Shown here piece after piece: positions 31,701 to 42,854 of a stretch of DNA of 64,000 nucleotides. The notes under the pieces were generated by a model. It worked only from the letters and a program-made list of their open reading frames with translations, searched no databases and was not told the DNA's origin. The DNA is from a virus: IMG/VR virus record IMGVR_UViG_3300041964_000014, positions 47,189 through 111,188 of that record; one strand, 5' to 3'. Each line of letters begins with the position of its first letter. Within the stretch, counting starts at the first letter, position 1. Made by a program: the position numbers and the translations under genes.

Positions 31701-33394
31701 TGCTTAATAACTTGTTAATCATGCTCAGTAATGAGCCAGATTCATCACGTCGGCTGGTGCTGATGGACGACTGGCTTGTGGATAACCCAGATATAATGTC
31801 CAAGGAAGAACTCGAAGATCAGTTCTATCAGTATCTCGAAGACATTACCCGAGAAAGATTATTGCTGATCCGGGACGCCCCGAATCCATTTAAAAGTGCG
31901 TCGTTGAAAAATGATTTAGTAAATTGGTTGAAACTATTTGTTTCGGACAAACAAGACCTTCAACGGTTAATAGAAACATACTCATCGGAGGCAAAAGAAG
32001 CCGAAACCTATACTCTCGCTCAGTTGCGGGAGTTAGCTAAAGACCATAAAGACTTTTACTTAGTTCAAGGACTAATAAGGAAGAATATATTACTACTTAT
32101 TGTTGGTGCGCCCAAGACAGGCAAGTCGCTATTTGCTACTAACCTAGCGGTACGGGTTATCCAGGGTGAGCCGTTTCTGAATAGAAATACTTATAAAAGC
32201 CGAGTATTATTTCTTCAAAACGAAGAAAACGTTATAAATACATATAAGCGTATTTATAACAATGGACTTCAGCTGCTAGAAGCACAAGAGCCAGAATTAT
32301 TTAATGAATTATTGGATAGTGAGAATCTGTTAATTGCCAAGCATCTTGACTTGGTAGTTGATAAGAAAACTATTATTAAAACTCTGGAAGAAAGTGAAGC
32401 CGATGTGCTAATCATCGACTCACTGGCTGCGTCTATACGTAAGTCCGGACTAACCGAATATTCCCCCGAACTAGCTGGTGTACTATACGATTATCAAGAG
32501 ATAGCGCATACTCGGAATGTAACTATCTTAGTACTGCATCATAGTACTAAGATGGATTCCACCGAAAGCAAAACATCAATGATACGAGGTGTTGGTGGTA
32601 GTAACGCATTAGTACGGGCTAATGACGGATTGTTTAAGCTACATCCACGTAAAGATGGTGATGTCGATTTATTTACCATTCCTCGGGATGGAAATCCCGA
32701 AGAGCTAGTAATCCGTTATGTAGAGGAGGAGGCATCGTTCTGGAGCTTCGAGGTTAAGGCAGAGAAGACTTTGTCTCCAGAAAACATAGCACTCCAGAAC
32801 TCTATTCTTCGTTTGTTGCTAGAGTCTTACTTGTTGTGGAAAGAATCAGTTACAGAAGATGATACAGAAGTTGGGGGTCTTAATTTAACTGAGCTAGTGG
32901 ATATCCTTGCTGTTCCACGGATGGATATTATCAAAAGGCTCAATCATATGTATGATACAGAAGGTATTTCCCGACGTATCTCCCAACGAAAATATGTGTA
33001 TCACATTCCTGCTAGTGGTGAAAGCTGGCTATTAGCTTACTTAGAGGTAGAGGAAGCTGAGAAACGGAGACAACAAGAACAGCAGGAAATAGACGCTCGG
33101 ATGGCAACTGCTGTCCGAAATACTAAGACGAGGGAAGAGTTTCTTGCTTTAATACAAAACTGGACAGACGAGGAAAAGAAACGGGTTTTTAATTTAATCG
33201 ACCCAGCTATTCGGCTAGAAAAAATGTTATTAGTAAACCCACCTAAGTATCCGGTTGGTACTGCTTTAACAGTAGAAGGCATCGAAGTATTCGTAGCAGA
33301 AGTCAAAATCAAGGAAGGTAAACACTTGTATAATATCCGTGATGCAGCAGGAAATGTATTAACCGAGTACTTGGAGGAACAGCTGAATACATGA
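31700..33394 (+). CDS. RecA-family (AAA_25/RepA-like) replicative helicase
   Basis: GAPKTGKS Walker A, VLFLQNEE, VLIIDSL Walker B, VLHHSTK, RGVGGS. Confidence 0.85.
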   Translation: MLNNLLIMLSNEPDSSRRLVLMDDWLVDNPDIMSKEELEDQFYQYLEDITRERLLLIRDAPNPFKSASLKNDLVNWLKLFVSDKQDLQRLIETYSSEAKEAETYTLAQLRELAKDHKDFYLVQGLIRKNILLLIVGAPKTGKSLFATNLAVRVIQGEPFLNRNTYKSRVLFLQNEENVINTYKRIYNNGLQLLEAQEPELFNELLDSENLLIAKHLDLVVDKKTIIKTLEESEADVLIIDSLAASIRKSGLTEYSPELAGVLYDYQEIAHTRNVTILVLHHSTKMDSTESKTSMIRGVGGSNALVRANDGLFKLHPRKDGDVDLFTIPRDGNPEELVIRYVEEEASFWSFEVKAEKTLSPENIALQNSILRLLLESYLLWKESVTEDDTEVGGLNLTELVDILAVPRMDIIKRLNHMYDTEGISRRISQRKYVYHIPASGESWLLAYLEVEEAEKRRQQEQQEIDARMATAVRNTKTREEFLALIQNWTDEEKKRVFNLIDPAIRLEKMLLVNPPKYPVGTALTVEGIEVFVAEVKIKEGKHLYNIRDAAGNVLTEYLEEQLNT

Positions 33395-35468
33395 TACAAC
33401 CGTGTTTACTGGCTATGCTCCAGCCAGATGTACAGCTGGACAGCCATATTATTCTGATAGACCATCCGGATTTCTTTGACGCCCTCCGAGAGTTTCACAA
33501 TGCTGAGCTGTTTGGCTGTGACATCGAGACTTTTGGAGCCAAGGGGGAAATATTCGATAAAGAGAATGATGACGCTTTAGTGCCCTGGAAAGGATGTATC
33601 CGGCTGATTCAGATTGCTCTCCCAGTATCGCGGAGAGTCATTATTGTTGACCTTGGTGGACGGGAATACAAGCCTGTGCTGTATCCTGAGCGATATCGGC
33701 AGTTTGGAATAGTACTACTCACAAAGCTAGCGTGTCCGAAAACAAAAAGGTTGGACATAATTTCAAGTTTGATGGCAAGTTTTTGGCAGTGCATCTAGGG
33801 GCTACTTTCCGGACACTATGTGACACTATGTTGATGTCGCAAATTGTTTGGTCGGGTGTTGGAGTATCTAAAGCCAAGAAAGGAGAAAACAGAGCTGATC
33901 GTTGTAAGTTATCTCATAGTCTCAAAGCAGTAGCTGAAAGACTAGAAATAGGGGATTTAGATAAAACAGAGCAAAAAAGTGATTGGGGAGGCACACTTAC
34001 TAATGCTCAGTTAAATTATGCAGGAAATGACGCATTAATACTACTGGATATATACGCAAGATTACGGCGGTTAATTATAGAGCATCAACAACAGTACCCT
34101 ATTTATAGCGAGTTTTTGTTTCTTCCAGTACTAATAGATATGGAAGTACAAGGTGTACCTGTTGATGCCGCTAGATTAGATGAGTTAATCTTGCAATATA
34201 CAGAAGCTATTAACTACCATACTGCTATTTGGTATAGCGAGTTTCCTGATTTATCTCATACTGCTACTAAGAAAGATCTTGTACCCGCACTTAATAATAA
34301 GTACAGTTTAAATCTAGAGGCAACTGATGATAGTGCTTTAGCTCCTTTAGCAAAAGAGTATCCTGCCATTAGAGCGCTGTTAGATTACCGTACATTAAAT
34401 ATTAGTCTTAAGTACCTTACTAGTGTTAAGACTAATATGTTTAACGGTACAGTACGTAGTAATTATAGGCAGGTTACTGGAGGCTGGCGTACTAGTAGTA
34501 ATAAGATAAATCTACAAAACCCTCCTAAACTGCATCCTCGGTTTAAGCAGTACAATTACGGTAGTGTTAAAAGTGCATTTAAACCCCCCGAGGGTTATGC
34601 GTTTTTAGTGGCAGATCTTAGTGCCGCGCATAGTCGCATTGCCACTCAAGTAACTAAATGTCAGGCATTAATTGATGGTTATAACTTAGGACAAGATAAT
34701 CACATTAAAGTATGTGCAAGAATACTGCAAGCTAGTGGAGTAGAAGTATCAGAACAAGAAGCTCTTAATTTACATAAGAGTTACAAGGCTAAAAAGAAAG
34801 ATAAATTAGCAGTAACAGAATTAGAAGCTAAGGTTGCTGAATATCGTGACTACGGTAAGATAGGTTTCTACGCCTATCTAAATCAAGCTGGGGCTTATAC
34901 TATGCAGCAGACTTTTGCTGGATGGGGAATTACAGTTACTTTAGAATTCTGCGAACTACTAATTAGTATTCTTAGAGAAATATACGGAGAGATCTACGAC
35001 TATGTACGTAAGGTATTAATCCCCTACGCTAATAGTCATGATATTGATTTCAGCCATTTTAAGGACATAAATGGTAAGCCATTACAAGGTACATACGGTA
35101 TTACTTATGGACTAACGGGTGGGCGTAATTATTGTTTAAAGGTAAAGAATAAACATACAGGTAGATACGAGGTTCCTTACACAGATACTATTAGCTTTAC
35201 TTGGCTAAGTAGTGAAGCCAATATGTTAATGGAGGCAGCCGGATTACTGTATCTAGAGTTTCTCAATCACCCTGAATGGGAAGCTCGTATATGTAACTAC
35301 GTTCACGACGAGACAGATATAGTATGTCTGCAAGAATACGCGGAGGTTGTGGCTAGCCTGGTTGGCAATACTATTAAAGCTGTACTAAGCCGATTTATTA
35401 CTATCATTCCAGTAGAAGAGGATAGTAACTATAGTGCTTTTATTGTTGAGGACTGGAGTAAGAAATAA
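33391..35468 (+). CDS. polA: Family A DNA polymerase with 3'-5' exonuclease; one apparent frameshift near 33745
   Basis: Exo I CDIET, Exo II GHNFKFD, Exo III YAGNDA; NLQN, motif A ADLSAAHSR, motif B R..GK...YA, motif C VHDE. Confidence 0.88.
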
Positions 35469-36149
35469 TGGAAACTAATTTAACACGCGATCAGGTATAT
35501 CAAGGCTTATTAGCCTATTATTTTAAGCGTTACGAGCAATTACTATTTGAGCGTAATTTGCCAAGTTTGAGTGAAGATGTTAAAGAACAATTAGACAATC
35601 ACTACAACGGATTTATTTTCAACGTATTAATCGACCCAGAACATTCTCCCGCCGCTGTTTGGACATTTGAACTACTGGGTAAAGCCTATTTAATTATTGA
35701 GGACGCAATTCAAAATGACATCCGTACAAAGTTAAATAAGGTAGGAGGAGACAATGCTAAATTGGCTTAAGAGGGGTATTAATGAGGATACTGTTCAAGC
35801 ACAGCGGGAGTTGTCTACTTCAGATAAGCAGTGGCAATCTAACTTAACTCGTAAGGAGTTTAGCGATGCTGAGAAAGCCATTGAAATGGATAGTAATTAC
35901 AAAGCTCTTACTAACCTCAATACAAGGGAGCTAAGAAATATAGCTTGTAAATCCGCTAGTGAATCTCCCCGTCCTAGTTTTAACAAAGAAGCTCTAAAGG
36001 AGACAAAAGAGCTACTTGACAATCAAACTAGCTGTACTAAGCCGCTAACAAATAAAGAGGAAATCAAAGAAAAACTAGAAGAAGAACGCAGTAAGAAACG
36101 AGGCTTATTCTGGTAATCAAGTAGAGAAATAAGTAATAGAGTCCGAAGT

Positions 36150-36329
36150 ATGGATCATGTGCTACCAACATACAAAGGTTTCACAGCACGTTGCAAGTTA
36201 GATTTAACTACAATGACCTACAAAGGAATTGCTGACGGTAATCCTAGTATTCAGTTTGAAGGTGCAAGCATTGTGCAGGCAAGTATGAGATTCAGGGATG
36301 CTGTGGATGCTTACCTGAAAAGTAAATAG
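36150..36329 (+). CDS. Second HicB-like protein (59 aa, below the ORF-track cutoff)
   Basis: Manual translation MDHVLPTYKGFTARCKLDLTTMTYKGIADGNPSIQFEGASIVQASMRFRDAVDAYLKSK*. Confidence 0.7.
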   Translation: MDHVLPTYKGFTARCKLDLTTMTYKGIADGNPSIQFEGASIVQASMRFRDAVDAYLKSK

Positions 36330-36452
36330 TAAATAGTAGTTTGTTTGAAATACTCCCCGTAGTATTTCGGACAGCAGCTGCCTTGTTTTAAACGGCACTT
36401 GGTATATTAATTGGATTAAATTTGTTGTACCTATATTTGGAAATTAAAAACC

Positions 36453-36700
36453 ATGACGGAGTTTAGTTTAGATTTAGCAAAACAATTGATTAATTCTGGA
36501 GAACAATTTCCAGTTAATTTTAACGATGCTTATGTATGGTTAGAATATTCCAGAAAAGACAATGCTAAAGTTAGTTTTCTTAAGTGTGGGTTTATCGAGG
36601 GTGTAGATTATCGGCTCCTGAGAGTTCAGGAGTCGGCTCCAACGGGGATAGATATTTAAAAGAAGCCATAACATCTATATCCGATTTGTTAGTAGATTAA
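36453..36700 (+). pseudogene. Internally deleted AntA-like antirepressor (paralog of 12442..13188)
   Basis: Starts MTEFSLDLAK...VWLEYSRKD, stops after 68 aa; an out-of-frame tail RYLKEAITSISDLLVD* matches the end of 36746..37519. Confidence 0.75.
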
Positions 36701-37547
36701 GTCCGAAATAATAAGAAGCGCGGGGCTTCTTATTATTTCGGACTATTGTTTTGTGTATATAAAAAGGAAATTATTATGTTACAAGTAATTGAAAAGAATA
36801 GTGTTTTAGTAGTAGACTCTCGTTTAATTGCCGAAGAATTGGGAATAGAACATCGTAGTTTTAAAGATACTATCCAGGTTAATGCTTCAGATTTAGAGGA
36901 ACATTTTGGACAGTTGCGGCGTGAAACCGCACCGTCAAAAGCTAATGGTGGTGGGGGTTTTGGAGAAACGTACTATTTGCTAACAGAAGAACAAGCCACT
37001 TATTTGATGACTCTTTCTCGTAATACTGAGCAAGTCAAGAAAGCCAAGCTTAATTTAGTTAAAGCCTTTAGTGCGGCTAAACAATCCTTAATCGTAACTC
37101 CTAGCAAAGAAATAACACAGTTATTAACTACACTAATTAATAACCAACAAAATCAGGCACAGCAATTAGCTACATTAACTGAACGTACACAACGTTTAGA
37201 TACTGTAGAACAAGAGAAAGCACAATTAGCTAACCAACTTACAGAGTTTAATGTAGCTGGCTCAATACATCAAGGTTGTTACAATATTATTCGTGCCGAG
37301 ATTAATCAACAAACTATAGTACTGATTACTGCTACAGATTACTTATTAGAAAACGGTAAATCAATAACTTACTCAAAACTACTCGCTCGACGTGCTGCTA
37401 GTTTGTATCGTTGTAGTAGAAAAGCCGAACCATTTAAAAACAAACAAAATCAAATGTTATTTGAACGTAAATATCTTGATGAAGCCATAACATCTATATC
37501 CGATTTGTTAGTAGATTAAGTCCGAAATAATAAGAAGCGCGGGGCTT
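36662..37547 (+). repeat. 67-bp exact direct repeat (36662..36728 and 37481..37547), each copy running into an inverted motif pair
   Basis: gaagccataacatctatatccgatttgttagtagattaagtccgaaataataagaagcgcggggctt occurs twice; motif pairs at 36701..36743 and 37520..37564. Confidence 0.92.
36776..37519 (+). CDS. Rha-family phage regulatory protein with shared C-terminal module
   Basis: LVVDSRLIAEELGIEH...YLLTEEQATYLMTLSRNTEQVKKAKLNLVKAF. Confidence 0.8.
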   Translation: MLQVIEKNSVLVVDSRLIAEELGIEHRSFKDTIQVNASDLEEHFGQLRRETAPSKANGGGGFGETYYLLTEEQATYLMTLSRNTEQVKKAKLNLVKAFSAAKQSLIVTPSKEITQLLTTLINNQQNQAQQLATLTERTQRLDTVEQEKAQLANQLTEFNVAGSIHQGCYNIIRAEINQQTIVLITATDYLLENGKSITYSKLLARRAASLYRCSRKAEPFKNKQNQMLFERKYLDEAITSISDLLVD

Positions 37548-37587
37548 ACCTATTTATTTCGGACTATTACTTTATATCTAATAGATT

Positions 37588-38004
37588 ATGACTACAAAGA
37601 AGATAGAGCAAGAAATGTTAGCGGCTATAGCTAACAAAACATATTGGAGAAAGAGTAATACTGAGGTATACCATGACTATTACACTGGGGACATTAGAAT
37701 TCGTTTATTTGGACATATAATAGCTGTAATTACCTCTGAGACAGTACATCTTACTGATGCTGGATATCAAACAGCAACTACTAAGTCAAGATTAAATGCA
37801 TTACTAGAATATTTTAAAGAAGGTGACACAATACAAGTAATCTCTTCTGTAAGAGGGACTTGGCGAATATACAGTACCGCAGGTTCTAGCTATAGTCGAA
37901 TATGGACAGGAGAACTAATATTTGATAACCCTCATAACCCGGCTAATAGCACACCGCCACCAGTACCTGTAATTACACCAAAAGATATGAGTTTTGTATT
38001 ATGA
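37588..38004 (+). CDS. Conserved phage hypothetical protein
   Basis: NTEV...LFGHIIA...DAGYQTATTKSRLNALL, a motif I recognise from phage proteins of unknown function. Confidence 0.6.
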   Translation: MTTKKIEQEMLAAIANKTYWRKSNTEVYHDYYTGDIRIRLFGHIIAVITSETVHLTDAGYQTATTKSRLNALLEYFKEGDTIQVISSVRGTWRIYSTAGSSYSRIWTGELIFDNPHNPANSTPPPVPVITPKDMSFVL

Positions 38005-38231
38005 ATCTAACTTCAGAATTGTCCGTTGAAGAACTATTTCTAATCGAACAGAGTATGTTGTTATATCAGCGCAGTTCTCCTAGGGAGAAAGAATTGTACT
38101 ACAGACAACTACTCCATCAAGCCTTTATGATGCAGAAAGTAGCTAGACAACTATTCGAGGAACTAGAAGAAAGAGAACAAGCAGAGTCACAGCTTTCTGT
38201 TAACGCACTTATAGGATTCTCCGATGGATAA
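38001..38231 (+). CDS. NblA-like phycobilisome degradation adaptor
   Basis: ELSVEELF......L....S..E.......L..Q..M.QK..RQL resembles NblA LSLEQ.F...S.EQ...L..LY.Q.M.K. Confidence 0.5.
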   Translation: MNLTSELSVEELFLIEQSMLLYQRSSPREKELYYRQLLHQAFMMQKVARQLFEELEEREQAESQLSVNALIGFSDG

Positions 38232-38943
38232 ACAAGATAAAGACAAAGATAAGGGTAGCGAAAAAAAAGATAAGCCCAAGGTAGTTAAAAAGCAACCAGG
38301 ATCGGGACGTAAAAGTGGAAGATAATCTTGTTAAACAATTAGCTCGGATGGCTACTGAATATAGTTATGACTTCAAGGTTAGCTCACAGTTAGCTGCTGC
38401 CCATAACTTGGTAGCACAAGATGAACCTCGTAAAGCTTTTAGTGTTTTAAACCAACTAATAACTAACACACAGCAAGGTGAACTTAAATTTGTTTTATTT
38501 CATATTGCACATTTGTTAAGCATAAGAATTACGCTGCAATGTATACCGTCTAAAGCTAGGGTATTTTAGTAGTGTTAAATTAACCCCCTTTAAAATTACT
38601 TAGCTTAAGGGGGTATCGTTAAACATAGCTAGCGAGGTTATTTAATGGAAAGTATAAGTTTGATAAAAGCTGACGATTATGTGGTCACTATTTTAGCCCC
38701 ATTAGTAGATAGATCTGAACTAGAGCTTAAACTACAACAAGTTTGCGTATCTCAAATAAGTTGTATTAAAAAAGGCAACATGATTAGTATCCAGCACACT
38801 GGGGAACAAGACACAATCCTGAAAGAGTTGGGATTATGAGCGAATACGAAACTGGAATGTACTTGTTGTTTCTGTTAGGTGCTGTTTGGATTGTTTTGAA
38901 CAGCCTCGAATAACTTTGTCTCCCTATTATTTCGGACAATACC

Positions 38944-39237
38944 ATGTTGTACGTGCTAATTGAGAAAGACGATTACCGAGTAGTCAAGCTGGGTACAACA
39001 GTTAACCTCAAACAGCGACTAAGAGATCTACAAACTGGCAATTACCGTGAGCTACAAATAGTAGCAGTATTAGATGGTGACGCAACTACAGAAGCACTAC
39101 TAAAACTACAGTTTAAAGAGTATAGGTTAAATCGGGAGTGGTTTAATTTAGAAGGTGAGTTATTAGAGTTTCTAAGACCTCACTTGTTTAGTTACCGAAA
39201 TCCTAAGCTAATAAGTGTTTGCAATTGTCCGAAATAA
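38944..39237 (+). CDS. GIY-YIG (T5orf172-like) domain protein
   Basis: LYVL......VKLGTT.NLKQRLRDLQTGN...E..L...F...RLNREWF. Confidence 0.8.
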   Translation: MLYVLIEKDDYRVVKLGTTVNLKQRLRDLQTGNYRELQIVAVLDGDATTEALLKLQFKEYRLNREWFNLEGELLEFLRPHLFSYRNPKLISVCNCPK

Positions 39238-41059
39238 TAAGGAGAGAAGTATGTCGCTTCCAATAACTACCTACACAGTACTGTCACTAATTTATCAGTT
39301 AATAGATATGTTACAAAACCCTGAGACAATGCCAGAAGTAGCGGCTATATTGCAACTACTAAAGGATGGGCAAGTTAAGGAAGCTTACCGGGATTTGCAA
39401 CTGGTAATAGATAAGCCAGATATTAGTCCGGAGCTAAAAGCGGAGTTATGTAATGTTAGTTCGTCACTGTTAGTGCGGATACTGAATAGCGGAATTTAGA
39501 TAGTAAATTAGCTAAGGTACAAACGAATGTTGGATGTTATTTCCTATAACGGAATTTGTATTCCGTTAGTAGACAACTGTAATGTGATGTACGATAATCT
39601 TCGTAGATATTATCAGAGAAGAAATAAACAGATTAGAGATATTTGTAAATTACCAATATATACTGATGAACAAGAAAAACTAGTACTCGATTATCAGTAT
39701 GGGGAATATCTATACAATCAGTTTTGTTGCGGATACAACCCATCATCTCCAGATACCCTAAAATATGAGCCAACGTGGTTTAACTCGCCTTGGACAACTG
39801 AAAAGTTAGAGCGATGCATAGTTACCATCGAAATACAGTTGTGGAAAGACGCGGCTATTGAGTTAAGTACAACCTTGTCTACGGAGGTAAAATAAGATGC
39901 CCAGGGATTTCTTAAAATCTTCCGGAGAAAATAACAATTCAGAATATGTACATACTGCAATGACGGATATCGAGTGGCAACAAACCTTGGAAGCTAAAAG
40001 AGTGACTATCCGAGAGGATACATTTCAGGCTTTGGAAGAGGAACGCCGAAAACGATAATATTGAAATAGTTAGCTAGAGTCCGAAATAATAAGCCTCCCG
40101 ACAATGTGGAGGCTTATTTTGTGTTGAGAAGAGGGAAAATCCATCCCTGACAATCAAAAATTAAAAAAACGGCACCGTCTCCCCTAATAATTGATTTATA
40201 TAATTATAATTAATAATAAATAAATATACTTTTAGTACCTGTAATAATGATTGTGTAATTATGAAGACGACTATGGTAACGTAGAACGAGTTAGAACTTG
40301 CCGAGCCGAACTAAGTATTTTAGATAATGTAATACTAAGTCTACTTAAGTTGCGTAATAAGTTACTACGTAAATAAACTAAATTTCACTAGCGTATATAC
40401 CACTAAATACTATGACCCCAAGAGATTTTTGCTACTGGTTTAATGGTTACATTGAGTTAACTAATCCCTCACAATTAGTGCTACGGAAGTTAAAGTAATT
40501 AAGCGCCATTTAAGAATGGTGTTTCATCATATAGATGCTACTTACCCGGACGATCAGCAAGCAGCACTAAATCAGCTGCACAGCGGTGATGATGATAACC
40601 CTTATATTGATGTGAGATGTTAATGGCAAATAATCGTGTAGCACTAACACTTGCACAACACTTACGTATTAACGATGTTTACGTATGCCCACTAACTAAC
40701 GAACATTTAATAGTCACTCAAGTAGTTGAAGATAGAACTACTAATCCTATACAGTATTTAGTGAGCTTTAAAAATAGTTCACTAACAGCTGTACATAATT
40801 ACAACGATATGGTAGATATACTTGTTTATGGCTAATTCTCGAATAAGCATAGTTAGTCAGCAAACCAATTTAATGGTGCTTAAAGTCGCTAACACACTTA
40901 ATATTGCAGACATCCAGACAGCACTAAACATGAGGTCGGATACTATGCGGTTTAACGTGCTTCGTAATGGTAATCTACAAATACACCACCAAGGTGAAGA
41001 CGCACTTATTAAGCGTGTTCTAGGGTTATAGAATTCCCGCAATTTGTAGTAAGTAAATA

Positions 41060-41096
41060 GTCCGAAATAATAAGGGTGCATCTATTTATTTCGGAC
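41060..41096. repeat. Inverted pair of the motif
   Basis: gtccgaaataataag-ggtgcat-ctatttatttcggac. Confidence 0.9.
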
Positions 41097-41136
41097 TCTT
41101 AGTTGTTGTTTTTATTATTTAAATTACAAGGTTCTT

Positions 41137-41910
41137 ATGTCTCAAATAATTAAATCCTTTAATGGTAAGAGTATTCGGGTTAGAGAAGACGACCAATACT
41201 TTTGTTTAACCGATATGGCTCAAGCTGTAGATAAACGTGTCAACAATTGGAGCCGTTTAGAAAGTACTCGTACTTACTTATCTACGTTATCATCCGTTAC
41301 TCAGATTCCCGTAACGGGCTTAGTTTCTACTATTCAAGGGGGATTTCCAGAGTTACAGGGTACTTGGGCACACAAAATGGTTGCTTTGGAGTTTGCCAGA
41401 TGGTGTTCCCCAGAATTTGCTATACAATGCAATATGTGGGTCGAAGAATTAATGGCTAACGGTAAAGTAGAATTAGTCCCACAAAAACCTAAGTCATCTG
41501 CTGAAATGCTAGTACTGTATGCTGAACAGTTTTTGGAGCATGAACAACGTCTTCTGAAAATAGAAGAAGAAAATCAAAAACTACTAGCAGCCCAGGAAGA
41601 AATACATAATATAGTAACTATTGTTGAAGACCAGGTAGAAGAGTTTGCTCAAGCAACAGAAGAACGTTTAATCGCTATTGAAGTTGAACAAGACAGACAC
41701 AATACTCCCGCAGGGCATAAATACACAGTACTTGGTTATGCTCGTTTGCAGGGATTAGAGTTGTCTAATTCTTCTGCTTCAGTCAAAGGAAGAAAAGCCA
41801 CCCGTCTTTGCAGAGAAAGAGGGATTGAGGTAGAGCAAATACACGATCCCCGTTACGGCTATGTGGGCTTATATCCCGAATCGCTCTTACGTGAGGTATT
41901 CGCCGATTAG
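41137..41910 (+). CDS. KilA-N domain protein, paralog 1
   Basis: FNGKSIRVREDDQYFCLTDMA...QGTWAHKMVALEFARWCSPEFA; C-terminal G...T.LC......I.DPRYG.V..YP. Confidence 0.88.
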   Translation: MSQIIKSFNGKSIRVREDDQYFCLTDMAQAVDKRVNNWSRLESTRTYLSTLSSVTQIPVTGLVSTIQGGFPELQGTWAHKMVALEFARWCSPEFAIQCNMWVEELMANGKVELVPQKPKSSAEMLVLYAEQFLEHEQRLLKIEEENQKLLAAQEEIHNIVTIVEDQVEEFAQATEERLIAIEVEQDRHNTPAGHKYTVLGYARLQGLELSNSSASVKGRKATRLCRERGIEVEQIHDPRYGYVGLYPESLLREVFAD

Positions 41911-41957
41911 TTTTTGTCCTCTTATTATTTCGGACTCTTAGTTGTTGTTTTTATTAG

Positions 41958-42752
41958 TTGAATTATGAGGTTAGTATGTCTGCAATTATCAAGTCTTTTA
42001 ACGATGTAGATATCCGCATTCGAGATACAGACAATTATGTGTGTCTTACAGATATGGCAAATGCTTGTGGGAAACAGTTTGGTCACTGGAAGGCTTTAAA
42101 ATCTACTGAGTCATATCTGACAGCGTTATCCTCCGCAGTCGGAAAGCCGATAGCGGAGTTAATTGTATCAAAAGTGGGAGGAGTACCTGAGCTACAAGGA
42201 ACTTGGGGACATCCTAAGATAGCTATTCGTTTTGCTCAATGGTGTAGCGATGAATTTGCTGTACAGGTGGATTTTTGGATAGAAGAATTAATGACCAAGG
42301 GAAAAGTAGAGTTAAGCAAGCCTAAGTCTGCAATAGAGCTGGTACAACAGCAGTTAGAAACGTTGACTCAAATAGTAACTATATCTGTGGAGCATGAGCG
42401 CCAACTTCTTCTATTAAAAGAAAAGACAGAGCAACAAGATAAAGAATTAGCACTTGTAAAGCAAGAGAATGCTACACTAAATTTCAATCTAGAAACGGTA
42501 GAAATGGAAGTAGCAGCTAATACTGCTGAATTAGAGAGATTTTCTAATGGGCACGGTTACTGGTTTAGTATTGTGGGGTATTGTACTAAGCTAGGTATTA
42601 AACCTGATCTTAATTGGGTAACCAATCAAGGACGCAGAGCTACAGCAAGATGTAAGGAGTTAAATATTCGTCCAGTAAAAATAAATGACCCTCGCTACGG
42701 CACAGTAAACACTTATCCAGACAGTGTGCTGGAAACTCTTAATTGGGAATAG
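41958..42752 (+). CDS. KilA-N domain protein, paralog 2 (tandem)
   Basis: YVCLTDMA...QGTWGHPKIAIRFAQWCSDEFA; same C-terminal DPRYG domain; same 5' leader tttcggactcttagttgttgtttttatta. Confidence 0.88.
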   Translation: MNYEVSMSAIIKSFNDVDIRIRDTDNYVCLTDMANACGKQFGHWKALKSTESYLTALSSAVGKPIAELIVSKVGGVPELQGTWGHPKIAIRFAQWCSDEFAVQVDFWIEELMTKGKVELSKPKSAIELVQQQLETLTQIVTISVEHERQLLLLKEKTEQQDKELALVKQENATLNFNLETVEMEVAANTAELERFSNGHGYWFSIVGYCTKLGIKPDLNWVTNQGRRATARCKELNIRPVKINDPRYGTVNTYPDSVLETLNWE

Positions 42753-42854
42753 TACTATTTATTTCGGACTAAAATGCAGTAAAGTATCTTACTAACTGAG
42801 CTATCAAAGTATCTATAATTTGTTACAGTAAATTATCTACAGTAAATACTAACG

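Noticed and set aside
33732-33798. Programmed -1 frameshift in polA
   Set aside because: One extra A in the acaaaaagg run restores KKVGHNFKFD. There is no canonical slippery heptamer in frame, and similar single-base breaks occur in several other genes, so an indel sequencing error is more likely. Read-level check needed.
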